Assembly: GCF_018336915.1 (NCBI RefSeq)
Contig: NZ_CP064923.1
Span: 3,210,001-3,242,000 of the forward strand
Reading direction: 5' to 3'
DNA length: 32,000 nt
Source of the DNA: Acaryochloris marina S15
GTDB taxonomy: Bacteria; Cyanobacteriota; Cyanobacteriia; Thermosynechococcales; Thermosynechococcaceae
Positions 8,661 through 18,277 of this stretch are shown piece by piece (the first letter of the stretch is position 1; each line of letters opens with the position of its first letter). Under the pieces are notes generated by a model. It did no database searches. It saw nothing but the letters and a program-made list of their open reading frames with translations, and was not told where the DNA came from. Made by a program: the position numbers and the translations under genes.

Positions 8661-10425
8661 CCTACATTCAGCAGGCTAGCTAGCAGAGCAGATAATATTT
8701 TTTACAGCCCTTCCCAAGGAACGGCAAGATAAGTTGCTGCCTGCTGTTGAGCTTGATGAGATGCTTGGCACCATCAAGCCAAACTAAATGGACGGCCTGA
8801 AAGCATTGGAGAATCCAACGTAACGTAGGTTTCATAGTTTGTTTCCCCTTCTGATTAGGGAGAGTTGTTTGTACTTGTTCTAGTGCATTTCTTAACTGTC
8901 GTTGTCCTAAGCTGTAGACCATCAAACACAAGGCCATGATCATGGCTAAGGCAGCGATACGCCGAGGTGTCTTCAGGAAAACACTAGAGGCAAAGAAGAG
9001 TGGATCTTTGATAAAGCGAAAGCCTCCTTCACACGCCTGCTGGTTCTTATACTCGCGCAGAATATCATCATTGCTCCATTGCTCTTGTTCCAAGAGATTG
9101 GTGGCTAAGATGAAACGACCTGCTTGCCGCCGATAGCGTTCGATGACTGGCTCATTGAGGGTTAAGGTAGCCTCAATAGAATAGGTGTAGTGAGTCACAA
9201 CCGTTGCTTTTGTCGGTCGTCCAGCCTTTGAATAATGAGGTTTTTTGTGGATTTTGAGATCGTCAAGGGTGTGATACCTGAGGATTTTGCCAAAATCTTG
9301 GGCTGCAGCTAAAGCATCTGCAGGGCACAAGAAGGTCTGTTTGCAGAGGGTTTTAAGTGCAGTAGTTTTTTGGCTAAACGCCTGATCAATCCGCTTTTGC
9401 ACTTGTTTGAGTCCAGAGTCTCTGCGAGCTTTACTTTCAACCACCAGCCACCGTTGTTGAATCTCTCCATAGGTACTACATACTTCGACAAAGCTATAGC
9501 CGTTGAGAGCACTGGGGTGAAACTGTGAACCCGGCAGCCCTTGTAATAAGTCTTGGGCTGCCGTTGAACTTGCTGGAACTCGGCTAATCCAAGATGTACT
9601 TCCTAATGCTTGCAGATTGTCGGCACTGTAGAGGGCACTATCAGCAACAATCACCTCTGGCTGTTGCTGACTCCACTGTTGCTTAAATTCATGGATGATA
9701 GGCACAAACGTACTTTTGTCCGCATCATTACCGTTGCCCACTTGTAAAAATAAAGGAATACCCCCGTCCCCACTCACCAGTAGGTTCAATACAAACTGCT
9801 TGAGATCACGACGATTGTCCCGTGAGTAGCCGTAGGTGATTTTCACGGGTATCGGCTCCTCTGATTCAGCCAGTGCAGGGGAGGGGGACTCAGGTGCAGA
9901 GGGGGATTCGTCTGACGCCTCAACCTGTGGTTTATCTAAGTATTGCCCCTCAACACTAAGGCTTGTCGCATCTAGATGCGCACACCTTAGAGCTACATCG
10001 AATTTCTGAACGACTGCCATTGCCACATGGATAAATATCTGGGTCACACCATAGGCATAGAGCTTGTCGAGGACTCGACCGATACGGGTATCGTTGAGGT
10101 GCTCTGGCAGTACACCTTGACCGAGTAAGTGCTCGGTTGCTTTGCTTTCGAAAAACTCACTAAATAAGTACAATGGAGCACTCAAAAAGCCCATACCATT
10201 TAGAATCAGGGCTTTGACAACTTGACCACAACTAACATTCTCTTGCTCGTGAGTACCTAATAATCGATCCACTATTTCGACAATGCCGATCTCATCGACG
10301 ATACCGGCAATAATACCGAGATGGTCAATATCCTGAACGTCTATCTCTTGAGGTGAATACATGGACTTGCGTTGAGAGACAACCTCAAAATTATCCCTTG
10401 ATGGTTAGTACCTGCTGAATGTCGG
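8661..10425 (-). mobile_element. IS1634-family insertion sequence (1765 bp), apparently intact
   Basis: Terminal inverted repeats are CCTACATTCAGCAGG (8661..8675) and CCTGCTGAATGTCGG (10411..10425), matching at 14 of 15 positions. They are flanked by the direct repeat TTCTAT at 8655..8660 and 10426..10431. The element carries one 560-aa transposase ORF that fills it. Confidence 0.9.
8680..10362 (-). CDS. IS1634-family DDE transposase
   Basis: 560-aa ORF. The N-terminus (IDHLGIIAGIVDEIGIVEIVD) resembles the DUF4277 region typical of IS1634 transposases. Size and the 6-bp target duplication fit that family. Confidence 0.85.
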   Translation of the reverse strand: MYSPQEIDVQDIDHLGIIAGIVDEIGIVEIVDRLLGTHEQENVSCGQVVKALILNGMGFLSAPLYLFSEFFESKATEHLLGQGVLPEHLNDTRIGRVLDKLYAYGVTQIFIHVAMAVVQKFDVALRCAHLDATSLSVEGQYLDKPQVEASDESPSAPESPSPALAESEEPIPVKITYGYSRDNRRDLKQFVLNLLVSGDGGIPLFLQVGNGNDADKSTFVPIIHEFKQQWSQQQPEVIVADSALYSADNLQALGSTSWISRVPASSTAAQDLLQGLPGSQFHPSALNGYSFVEVCSTYGEIQQRWLVVESKARRDSGLKQVQKRIDQAFSQKTTALKTLCKQTFLCPADALAAAQDFGKILRYHTLDDLKIHKKPHYSKAGRPTKATVVTHYTYSIEATLTLNEPVIERYRRQAGRFILATNLLEQEQWSNDDILREYKNQQACEGGFRFIKDPLFFASSVFLKTPRRIAALAMIMALCLMVYSLGQRQLRNALEQVQTTLPNQKGKQTMKPTLRWILQCFQAVHLVWLDGAKHLIKLNSRQQLILPFLGKGCKKYYLLC

Positions 10426-10535
10426 TTCTATTGAGTTTTCCCAAGAAAACAGTTTTCTCCCCTCAGAATGGGGACCAAATGCAGAAAATGAAACCTTGGT
10501 ACAAGATCTTCGGCGTTGCTCAATGACGGGATGAC

Positions 10536-10885
10536 TCACGCAGGAATAGGTACTTCCCCAAACTTGAGATAGTGGATCAATAGTCGAATTGAATGCTTGA
10601 GCATGTCCACCGATTTTGAATAACATAAAGTCTTGCGATGGAGCCGTGCCAAGTAATGTCGTAAACGTGTGTTTTCTCCCTCTACTCGTGTCATGTAGGT
10701 CTTGCTAACAATCTGGTCACCCTCTGGGATAAAGCCTGGATAGACGGGATTGCCATCACTGACCCAGAAAAAACATTGCCAACAGACGATTGCTTGCCAT
10801 AACGGTCGAAAGGTCTCAGCACTATGGTCACCCACAACCCAGCCTAGAATGCCGGGGTGAAAATGATCCACCGCAGTCCAAATCC
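10536..10885 (-). pseudogene. IS1-family transposase, C-terminal fragment (DDE catalytic part)
   Basis: The sequence VDHFHPGILGW...DGNPVYPGFIPEGDQIVSKTYMTRVEGENTRLRHYLARLHRKT is IS1 InsB-like. Joining it to the N-terminal fragment after removing the nested IS restores an uninterrupted frame (...KVWIWTAVDHF...) of about 229 aa. Confidence 0.85.
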
Positions 10886-12317
10886 CAGCAATTGTAAATT
10901 CAATATTTCATGAGGTATCGGCTGCTATTCGAGGCTCTGGATCATCCAACATAAACTGGAGCAAATGCTCCCAACTCTCAAAGAGCAAGTATTTGGTCAA
11001 AGTCTGAATATCGTGAAAAAAGCCTTGTCGGGTTCCCCGTTGCTTTCGCATGCGTTGATAAGTGGAGTCCACCAAGTGCAAGACGGTATGAAATAAGAAT
11101 GCCAACAGGTTGAGTACCAATAGCACAGCAGCAAGGTTCTTCTGACCATGACCAAAATTATGTTCTAAGTGATAGCCCTTGGTTTTGAGGACATTGTGTC
11201 CTTCATTCTCCGCTTTCCATCGGGCACGTCCAGCACTGACAATCTCGGCCACACTTTGGTCATTGATGAAATGGTGAGTAATGAACGCGTTGTGATACAT
11301 AGTCTTTCCATCAGCAGCACGAGTAACAGAGACTTCGCACCAGTTGACCATCACTGCTGGTAGCTCCTCACGCAGGGGGATGCGATTGTAATAGCGATAC
11401 TGACAAATTTCATGATAGCGACCGTTCCAGCCCCGAGTCTCTAGATGCTCAACATCTCCAATACCTTCTAAATACTCTACCCATTCATATAGCTCTGGAT
11501 GGGAGGAGGGCAAACAGACAAAAATGAAGTTCAACTCATCCTCTAAACAAGTCTCCACCATCGGTTGACGGCTATAGAGGTCATCGCCAAGAACCGTAAT
11601 CTTGGCTCCGTCAAACCCTTGAGCATGCCCCTTGATCCACCGTTTGGCCGCAGCGGTTTCACTATCCTGTTTCTCCGCACCATCTTGAGGACGAATGAAC
11701 TCTGGGGCCAGAGAAATGACATGTTCAATTTCCGGACAAACGAGGACGGGCAACACGGCGGTGTGCGTATAGGTGACACTCCCATCCCGATGGGTTTTGG
11801 TAGAACACTGATCGCAACAAATCCGGTTTGAGGAAAAATACTCGCTGCCGTCTAGCCCTACCAACAGGTGTCCACCTAGAACCTTATATTGCTCTAGATA
11901 ACCTCGTCGTAGGAGAACGCTATAAATTTGATAAAAAATGGGAAACAGAAGACGAAATGCGATCAAGTCCAAAACATTCTTGATTTGGTTGCTCGTGGGG
12001 AGTTCTGTTAACTCAAAGAGGGCTTGGGCGTTGTCACGACCATGACGACTATGAACATGGCGTTGGTACTCCAGAAACGAAGGACATTGCATAAAGAAGA
12101 CAGCAAATGCGCCTAATACAATATCTTTGAGACTAAATTTGGTGCCATTACTGGGTTGACGTGGATCATCGAGGTGCTCAATGAGCTGATGTAGCCAGTG
12201 CAGTAAGAGAGGGAAATTTAGAACACCTTCATTCATCGTCTGGGGCTCTGCAAGTGTATGAATACATCCTCAACGACTACAACCTAGCTTGCCAAAATTT
12301 TGAATTTACAATTGCTG
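10886..12317 (-). mobile_element. IS4/ISAs1-like insertion sequence (1432 bp) nested inside the IS1 element
   Basis: Terminal inverted repeats are CAGCAATTGTAAATTCAATATTT (10886..10908) and AAATTTTGAATTTACAATTGCTG (12295..12317), matching at 22 of 23 positions. They are flanked by the 9-bp direct repeat TCCAAATCC at 10877..10885 and 12318..12326. The repeat could be read as 10 bp if the adjacent G is included. Confidence 0.88.
10908..12236 (-). CDS. DDE transposase (IS4 superfamily; ISAs1-like N-terminal region); family not resolved
   Basis: 442-aa ORF fills the element. The N-terminal LDDPRQP...FSLKDIVLGAFAVFF resembles the DDE_Tnp_1-associated region. The C-terminal RARWKAENEGHNVLK resembles the IS4 Y-R-E-K region. 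The CAG-initial IR and the 9-bp duplication fit IS4 or ISAs1-type elements. Confidence 0.75.
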   Translation of the reverse strand: MNEGVLNFPLLLHWLHQLIEHLDDPRQPSNGTKFSLKDIVLGAFAVFFMQCPSFLEYQRHVHSRHGRDNAQALFELTELPTSNQIKNVLDLIAFRLLFPIFYQIYSVLLRRGYLEQYKVLGGHLLVGLDGSEYFSSNRICCDQCSTKTHRDGSVTYTHTAVLPVLVCPEIEHVISLAPEFIRPQDGAEKQDSETAAAKRWIKGHAQGFDGAKITVLGDDLYSRQPMVETCLEDELNFIFVCLPSSHPELYEWVEYLEGIGDVEHLETRGWNGRYHEICQYRYYNRIPLREELPAVMVNWCEVSVTRAADGKTMYHNAFITHHFINDQSVAEIVSAGRARWKAENEGHNVLKTKGYHLEHNFGHGQKNLAAVLLVLNLLAFLFHTVLHLVDSTYQRMRKQRGTRQGFFHDIQTLTKYLLFESWEHLLQFMLDDPEPRIAADTS

Positions 12318-12666
12318 TCCAAATCCAGACCTTGTTGCGTTTTTGGCCCACAAAGGTTTCGAGTTCGTCTAACTCTCCTACCTGTGGGATATCGTCGGGG
12401 TTATAAGCATCAGGTAATAGAGCACCAACTTGTTGAACCCATTGAATCACAGTAGTATGAGCAACTCCGATGACTCGTTCAATGCCCTGAAAGCCCATCC
12501 CATTGACATACATTCTCAAGCACAGGCGTTTCGTCCAATCACTGTATCCACGCTTTGAGTAAGTTGAAAGAAACTGTCGTCCACAGGTCACACAGATATG
12601 GTTTTGCTTGCCTCGACGATGCCCATTCTTATGGATATGTTGACCACCACATTCTGGACACTTCAT
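12318..12666 (-). pseudogene. IS1-family transposase, N-terminal fragment (zinc finger and HTH)
   Basis: MKCPECGGQHIHKNGHRRGKQNHICVTCGRQF is an InsA-like zinc finger and is followed by an HTH region. The native reading frame ends at ...KVWIWTA, where the nested IS begins. The ORF-track tail IVNSKFWQARL is read-through into the inserted element. Confidence 0.85.
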
Positions 12667-12755
12667 ACAGACACCTCATGATGTTCGAAATAGTCATGAG
12701 TTTATCCTGACGCAATCAAATTCATCCCGTCATTGAGCAACGCCAGATCTTCAGA

Positions 12756-13817
12756 TCAGGAACTTGAACGAACCAACTGGGCCAACGAAGCTTCCATAAC
12801 ATCCGTCGTTTGCCCAAACACCGAGAAAGCCAACGCTTCCCGATAGACCCGTTGGGCAGGATGGCCCATCAAATTGGCTCCACCTCGCCCACTAATGACA
12901 GCCGCATGGGCACAGCGATTGGCCAACTCAATCGCCCAGGCTCTAAGTTGCAGACGTTTAGGCAACGTTAATTCAGAGGTTTGCTGTTCCTGATAAATAG
13001 CCTGTCGACACGACTGCAGCTCCTGGTCCAATAACTGTCGAGCAGGTTCCACAAATTCCGGTAGCTTCGGACTAGAGAGAATATCTAAAGCAGCCTGAGC
13101 ACATCCCAAAGCAAAAAAGCTATGGTGCAAACTATTTTTTGTATCGTTAGAGTGAATCCAGTCCGGTGGACGCATCACCACAACCGCTTCCTGCGAAAGT
13201 TGCCAGCGATTCAACCGTACCTTCACCGTTTGCGTAGCCCCCATCGCCGCCAAAGGCAGTGGATCACTACAAGTCATCATGCCGCTAGATTGAGAAACCG
13301 TTGCCAAAGGCACCAAGCCAAATACCGCCCGTCCATCCGCCAGTTGGGCTCCCACAATAAAGTGATTAAAACAGCCATATCCCGTTACCCAAGGAACTTC
13401 ACCCGTAATTTCATAACCTGCATCCGTTGGAATCGCTTGAACCGGGGGCGGATTCTGGCGACGCAGATGGGAAAAGCCAATACCAATCAACACCTTACCG
13501 CTGCTCAGATGGGGGAGATATTTTTCCTTCAGAACTGTATTGGTACTTCGGGCAATAAGTGAGGCCGCACTTTGATGTTGGGTTTGCAAAAATGCCAATG
13601 CACCTGAATAGCGACTGACCAGTTCTTGAAACTGGCGAAATGTCAGTTCATCGAGATCTTGTCCACCCCATTCCTGATGTACTCGCAGCCCCAGCAACCC
13701 CTGACTTCCCAACTCATATAGGGCCTGAAACAAGGACTCAGAACTTTGGTCAATCTGCATCGCTTGCGGCGCAATCATCCCCCGCAAAAAGTCTTCAGCC
13801 TGCTCAAGAAAAGTCAT
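12756..13817 (-). CDS. Acyl-CoA dehydrogenase family protein
   Basis: 353-aa ORF with general resemblance to the ACAD fold (N-terminal helical domain, a middle beta region with GFSHL...GYEITGEVPWVTG, and a C-terminal helical domain). Substrate is unknown. The stop codon lies 3 bp from the IS1 target duplication. Confidence 0.7.
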   Translation of the reverse strand: MTFLEQAEDFLRGMIAPQAMQIDQSSESLFQALYELGSQGLLGLRVHQEWGGQDLDELTFRQFQELVSRYSGALAFLQTQHQSAASLIARSTNTVLKEKYLPHLSSGKVLIGIGFSHLRRQNPPPVQAIPTDAGYEITGEVPWVTGYGCFNHFIVGAQLADGRAVFGLVPLATVSQSSGMMTCSDPLPLAAMGATQTVKVRLNRWQLSQEAVVVMRPPDWIHSNDTKNSLHHSFFALGCAQAALDILSSPKLPEFVEPARQLLDQELQSCRQAIYQEQQTSELTLPKRLQLRAWAIELANRCAHAAVISGRGGANLMGHPAQRVYREALAFSVFGQTTDVMEASLAQLVRSSS

Positions 13818-13900
13818 TCAATCTGCCTCTACAGACTCACACAGCCCAAGACCAAGGGCTGAGCGCAGCCAAAGCCCGGTGCAACAAGACACTAGACCAC

Positions 13901-16588
13901 TCAGGAAGCCGCAGAGGCCAGCTCTTCTTCTTCTGACTCTTCTTCTTCCTCAATTTCTAAAGTCGTTCGTGGAGCCTGAGACAAGATCAGCCCATCCTCA
14001 TCCCAATCCACCAGAATGGTGTCACCACTGGTAAACGTATTCTCCAGAATCTTGGTGGCAATCGGATTTTCTAGTTCCCGCTGCAAGGCTCGCTTCAGGG
14101 GACGGGCACCGTAAACCGGGTCATATCCCGCTTCTACAATATGTTCTAATGCCTCATCCGAAATCTGAATCGCCAGCTTCTGTTCTGCTAAAAGTGCTTC
14201 AATCCGCTTCAACTGAATCTTGACAATCGATCCGAGCTGTTCCCGATTGAGGGTATGGAACATGGTGATTTCATCAATGCGGTTGAGAAACTCAGGACGA
14301 AAGTGCGATCGCAACGCCTCCAACACCTTCATCTGCATCTCTAGATACCGTTCTTCTTCCTCCGAGGATTCGGTAATATGCTCACTGCCAATGTTGCTGG
14401 TTAAGACAATAATCGTATTGCAAAAGTTGACGGTTCGTCCTTGGGCATCTGTGATCCGACCATCGTCCAAAACTTGCAGCAGAATATTAAAAATTTCCGG
14501 GTGAGCCTTCTCCACCTCATCCAACAACACCACCGAATAGGGACGACGGCGCACCATCTCCGAGAGCTGTCCGCCCTCTTCATACCCCACATATCCCGGA
14601 GAAGCACCGACTAAGCGGGACACAGCATGCTTTTCCATATATTCAGACATATCAATCCGAATAATGGCATCTTCCGTATCAAACAAGAACTGAGCCAAAG
14701 CCCGGGCCAGCTCCGTTTTACCCACCCCAGTCGGTCCCAAAAACATAAAGGAACCAATGGGACGATTCGGATCTTTCATTCCCGCTCTGGCTCGGCGGAT
14801 GGCAGCCGACACCGCTTCAACGGCATCTTCTTGACCAATCACCCGCTCATGGAGATGATCTTCCAACTGCAATAACTTCTGACGTTCTGACTCCAGCAAC
14901 CGACTCACCGGAATGCCCGTCCAGTTAGCCACCACTTCGGCGATATCTTCTTCCGTCACCTCTTCCCTGAGAAGCGTTGGCCCCTTGGCGCGAATCGCCA
15001 ATAGCTTCACTTCACGCTCTTCCAAGTCCTGCTGCAAGGTCGCCATGCGGCTGTAGGTGAGCTGCACCGCTTTCTCATGGTCAAACTCTCGTTCAGCTTT
15101 TTCAATCTCAACTCGAACTTGGGCTTCCTGCTCTTTCAGGTTATTAATTTCTTCCAGAACCTGCTTTTCAGTTTGCCACTGGTCTTCCAAAGACTGGCGC
15201 TTGGGAATCAGCTCATCAATCTCAGTAACCACCCGATGTAAATGATCTTCCGAAGATTCATAAATACCGCCAAGGCTAGAGCGGTTCTGTTCCTGCTCTA
15301 GAGACATCTTTTCCATCTCTAGCTGCATTACTCGCCGTTCGATTCCCTCTAGTTCACTGGGCTTCGAGGTCATTTCCATCTTCAGCTTCGCTGCCGCTTC
15401 ATCCACCAAATCGATGGCCTTATCCGGCAAAAATCGATCAGCAATATAGCGATCTGACAAAACAGCTGCAGCCACTAGTGCTGAGTCGGTAATTTTGACA
15501 TTGTGATGAATTTCATATCGATCTTTCAAACCCCGCAGGATTGAAATAGCAGAATCAACATTAGGCTGGTCAATATAGACCTGTTGAAACCGGCGCTCTA
15601 AAGCCGCATCCTTTTCAATATACTTACGGTATTCATCCAGGGTAGTAGCCCCAATACATCGCAACTCACCTCGAGACAGCATCGGCTTTAGCAAATTGCT
15701 GGCATCCATCGAGCTTTGCCCCGACCCTGCCCCCACCACAGTATGAAGTTCATCAATAAACAGAACAATCTGACCATCAGAATGGGTGACTTCCCGCAAG
15801 ACGGCCTTGAGACGATCTTCAAACTCCCCGCGATACTTTGCACCTGCAATTAAACTTCCCATGTCCAGGGTAATAAGCTGCCGATTCTTCAAGGATTCCG
15901 GCACATCGCCATTAATAATTCGCTGGGCGAGACCTTCTGCGATCGCAGTTTTCCCCACTCCCGGTTCACCAATCAAAACGGGATTATTTTTCAACCGTCG
16001 AGACAAGACCTGAATCACCCGACGAATTTCATCATCACGACCGATCACCGGATCAAGCTTTCCAGCTTTAGCCCGCTCCGTCAGATCGCGACCATATTTT
16101 TCAAGGGCATTGTAGCGAGACTCCGATTCTTGATCGGCCACCTTTTGTGTCCCGCGCATTGCCTTAATAGCTTTCTCAAGATCCGTACGGGCAATCCCCT
16201 GATCTCGCAGCAAAGACTGTCCCACCCGACCATCTTCAGCAAAAGCCAACAAATAATGGTCCACCGAAATAAACTGATCCTCTCGGGCTTGCCTCAGCGC
16301 ATCCGCCTGATCGAGAAGGCGATCCAATCCTGGACCTAAAAATAACGCCGTTCCTTCGTCAACCTTTGTCTGCCGCTTAGCAAAAGCCGTTAACTGTTGC
16401 AGAATTTGATCAGCATCAACCTTAGCCTTGCCCAAAATCTTATTGGCTAATGGCTCTTCCTCTAATAGAGAAATAGTTAAATGCTCAACCTCTAGCTTGT
16501 TATTACTGAACCGCCGTGCCACATCCTGAGACTTAACAATAGCCGTCCATACCTTGTCGGTAAACTTATCAGGATCAGTAGGTTGCAT
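13901..16588 (-). CDS. clpB: ATP-dependent chaperone/disaggregase ClpB
   Basis: 895-aa ORF with a Clp N-domain and two AAA+ modules. Walker A motifs are GEPGVGKT and GPTGVGKT. A long coiled-coil middle domain lies between them. An acidic C-terminal tail ([12 protein letters not shown]) is present. Confidence 0.95.
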   Translation of the reverse strand: MQPTDPDKFTDKVWTAIVKSQDVARRFSNNKLEVEHLTISLLEEEPLANKILGKAKVDADQILQQLTAFAKRQTKVDEGTALFLGPGLDRLLDQADALRQAREDQFISVDHYLLAFAEDGRVGQSLLRDQGIARTDLEKAIKAMRGTQKVADQESESRYNALEKYGRDLTERAKAGKLDPVIGRDDEIRRVIQVLSRRLKNNPVLIGEPGVGKTAIAEGLAQRIINGDVPESLKNRQLITLDMGSLIAGAKYRGEFEDRLKAVLREVTHSDGQIVLFIDELHTVVGAGSGQSSMDASNLLKPMLSRGELRCIGATTLDEYRKYIEKDAALERRFQQVYIDQPNVDSAISILRGLKDRYEIHHNVKITDSALVAAAVLSDRYIADRFLPDKAIDLVDEAAAKLKMEMTSKPSELEGIERRVMQLEMEKMSLEQEQNRSSLGGIYESSEDHLHRVVTEIDELIPKRQSLEDQWQTEKQVLEEINNLKEQEAQVRVEIEKAEREFDHEKAVQLTYSRMATLQQDLEEREVKLLAIRAKGPTLLREEVTEEDIAEVVANWTGIPVSRLLESERQKLLQLEDHLHERVIGQEDAVEAVSAAIRRARAGMKDPNRPIGSFMFLGPTGVGKTELARALAQFLFDTEDAIIRIDMSEYMEKHAVSRLVGASPGYVGYEEGGQLSEMVRRRPYSVVLLDEVEKAHPEIFNILLQVLDDGRITDAQGRTVNFCNTIIVLTSNIGSEHITESSEEEERYLEMQMKVLEALRSHFRPEFLNRIDEITMFHTLNREQLGSIVKIQLKRIEALLAEQKLAIQISDEALEHIVEAGYDPVYGARPLKRALQRELENPIATKILENTFTSGDTILVDWDEDGLILSQAPRTTLEIEEEEESEEEELASAAS

Positions 16589-16752
16589 ACAAAAAGGAGA
16601 CGGCTTAGCCTGAATTTTTTTCAGGACTAGTATAACAAGCTATCCCGTTGGATACGGTAAGGCCGTGAAGAGTTCACACAGACCATCGTCAGTTTGCTAT
16701 TTCAGTCTCTTCGATTGCGCCTTAACATCCTTTAGTGCCATATCCGCTAAAC

Positions 16753-17310
16753 CTAAGCGATTGCAAACCTAGGCAAACAATCCATCAGCTCCGATAACTT
16801 AGGCAATGCAGTGTCTTTATGGGAAAGAATAGGCTGGTCAATGGGCCAGTCAATTGCCAAGGCAGGATCATCCCAAGCAACACCTTGCTCATCCGCTGGA
16901 TTGAAAAAATCACTGCATTTATATATAAAGTCTGCCGTCTCGCTCAGGACACAAAATCCATGGGCAAAACCAGGTGGAACATACATCTGCTTGTTGTTTT
17001 CACTAGAAAGATACTCACCAAACCACTGTCCAAAATAGGGTGACCCCTTGCGGATATCGACTGCTACATCAAAAACCTCCCCCGAGCTGACCCTGACTAA
17101 TTTTCCTTGGGGATATTTCAGCTGATAGTGGAGCCCCCGCAATGTTCTATAAGCAGAACGAGAATGATTATCTTGCACAAACACCTCATCAATCCCAGAT
17201 GTTCTATACCGTTGGTAATGATAGGTTTCCAAGAAAAAACCACGTTGGTCAGAAAATACACGCGGTTCTATCACTAAAACACCGGGCAAAGGAGTTTCTA
17301 TCACATTCAC
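16753..17310 (-). CDS. rfbC: dTDP-4-dehydrorhamnose 3,5-epimerase
   Basis: RmlC similarity starts at (V/M)[29 protein letters not shown]. The GTG at 17310..17308 overlaps the rfbA stop as GTGA. The 258-aa track ORF (to 17529) carries a 73-aa extension that lies inside rfbA in another frame and is not credible. Confidence 0.9.
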   Translation of the reverse strand: MNVIETPLPGVLVIEPRVFSDQRGFFLETYHYQRYRTSGIDEVFVQDNHSRSAYRTLRGLHYQLKYPQGKLVRVSSGEVFDVAVDIRKGSPYFGQWFGEYLSSENNKQMYVPPGFAHGFCVLSETADFIYKCSDFFNPADEQGVAWDDPALAIDWPIDQPILSHKDTALPKLSELMDCLPRFAIA

Positions 17311-18188
17311 AGGGGTTGATCTCCCTCTTCCAAAACTCTTAGGAGATACTCTCCATAACTGTTCTTGCACAAATCTTGACTCAATTCTTTGACCTGATCT
17401 GCCGAGATATATCCCATCCGATAGGCCACCTCTTCCACACAGGCAATCTTCAAGCCTTGTCGTTGTTCCATCGTCTCCACAAAAGCAGCCGCTTGCAGCA
17501 AACTTTCGTGGGTACCCGTATCGAGCCACGCCACCCCACGACTCATCTTCTCAACTTTTAATTGTCCTTGTTGGAGATAAGTAGTATTCACATCCGTTAT
17601 TTCCAACTCTCCTCTAGCAGAAGGTTTCAAAGCTTTGGCAATATCAATCACTTGGTTGTCATAAAAATACAGCCCCGTCACCGCATATTGAGATTTCGGA
17701 TGCTGAGGTTTTTCCTCAATATCTGTAACCTGACCCTCTTGATCAAACGCTAATACCCCGTACCGCTGTGGATCCTTGACCCAATAGCCAAACACAATCC
17801 CCCCCTCAGTCAGCCGCGATATTTTCTGAAGTCGCTCTGCTAAAGCCGCTCCATAAAAAATATTATCTCCAAGGATAAGGGCAACAGAATCATCACCGAT
17901 AAAATCTTGGCCAATAATAAAAGCTTGGGCTAAGCCTTCAGGCTTGGGTTGCTCAGCATAGGAAAGGGCTAATCCCAGCTGATGACCATCTCCAAATAAT
18001 CGCCGAAATAACGGTAAGTCCTGAGGGGTAGAGATAATCAGAATCTCCCGAATCCCCGCCAACATTAAAGTTGAAAGAGGATAGTAAATCATGGGCTTAT
18101 CGTAAACAGGCATTAACTGTTTAGATAACACCCGAGTAATGGGATAGAGTCGAGTACCTGAACCGCCAGCCAGAATAATTCCTTTCAT
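17307..18188 (-). CDS. rfbA: Glucose-1-phosphate thymidylyltransferase
   Basis: 293-aa ORF with the N-terminal [18 protein letters not shown] signature and RmlA-like length and sequence throughout. Confidence 0.95.
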   Translation of the reverse strand: MKGIILAGGSGTRLYPITRVLSKQLMPVYDKPMIYYPLSTLMLAGIREILIISTPQDLPLFRRLFGDGHQLGLALSYAEQPKPEGLAQAFIIGQDFIGDDSVALILGDNIFYGAALAERLQKISRLTEGGIVFGYWVKDPQRYGVLAFDQEGQVTDIEEKPQHPKSQYAVTGLYFYDNQVIDIAKALKPSARGELEITDVNTTYLQQGQLKVEKMSRGVAWLDTGTHESLLQAAAFVETMEQRQGLKIACVEEVAYRMGYISADQVKELSQDLCKNSYGEYLLRVLEEGDQPL

Positions 18189-18277
18189 CCGTATTATCTC
18201 GGCAATATATAACTGCAGCGTCCTTTCTTCAGACTATGCCCATCTAGTTAGGGATGTATAACATCTGCAAACGTCTC

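Larger units (their letters stand above)
10512..12744 (-). mobile_element. IS1-family insertion sequence, inactivated by a nested IS
   Basis: Perfect 23-bp terminal inverted repeats: GGCGTTGCTCAATGACGGGATGA (10512..10534) and its reverse complement (12722..12744). They are flanked by the 8-bp direct repeat AGATCTTC at 10504..10511 and 12745..12752. Removing the nested element and one copy of its 9-bp duplication leaves 792 bp, close to the canonical IS1 size. Confidence 0.9.

Noticed and set aside
10405-10626. 73-aa minus-strand ORF spanning the IS1 left end, the native spacer and the IS1634 right end
   Set aside because: It crosses two mobile-element boundaries (10425/10426 and 10511/10512), so it can only be a chimeric artefact of the insertions. 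It has no recognisable domain.
8661-12744. The IS elements as a composite transposon carrying cargo
   Set aside because: Each element has its own matched IR pair and its own target-site duplication. The only sequence between the IS1634 and IS1 copies is 72 bp of native spacer plus the TSD copies. No cargo gene is enclosed, and the elements belong to different families.
14220-16339. Several 60-95-aa plus-strand ORFs inside clpB. There are similar antisense or overlapping ORFs inside the kinase (3664..5177), wzc (20250..22402), cdaA/uppS (27017..28074), pilC and pilT.
   Set aside because: All are embedded antisense or out of frame within long genes that have strong family signatures. Their composition is low-complexity and rich in Arg and Ser, as is typical of shadow ORFs.
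16608-16624. Small hairpin CCTGAA-TTTTT-TTCAGG about 20 nt upstream of the clpB start, considered as a terminator or heat-shock regulatory element
   Set aside because: A 6-bp AT-rich stem is weak. On the transcribed (minus) strand the loop is poly-A, there is no trailing U-tract, and it does not match CIRCE or any other motif I know.
17311-17529. N-terminal 73 codons of the 258-aa ORF called at 16753..17529
   Set aside because: This part lies entirely inside rfbA in another frame and has no RmlC similarity. RmlC homology begins at the GTG at 17310, which overlaps the rfbA stop. I treated it as an ORF-caller over-extension.
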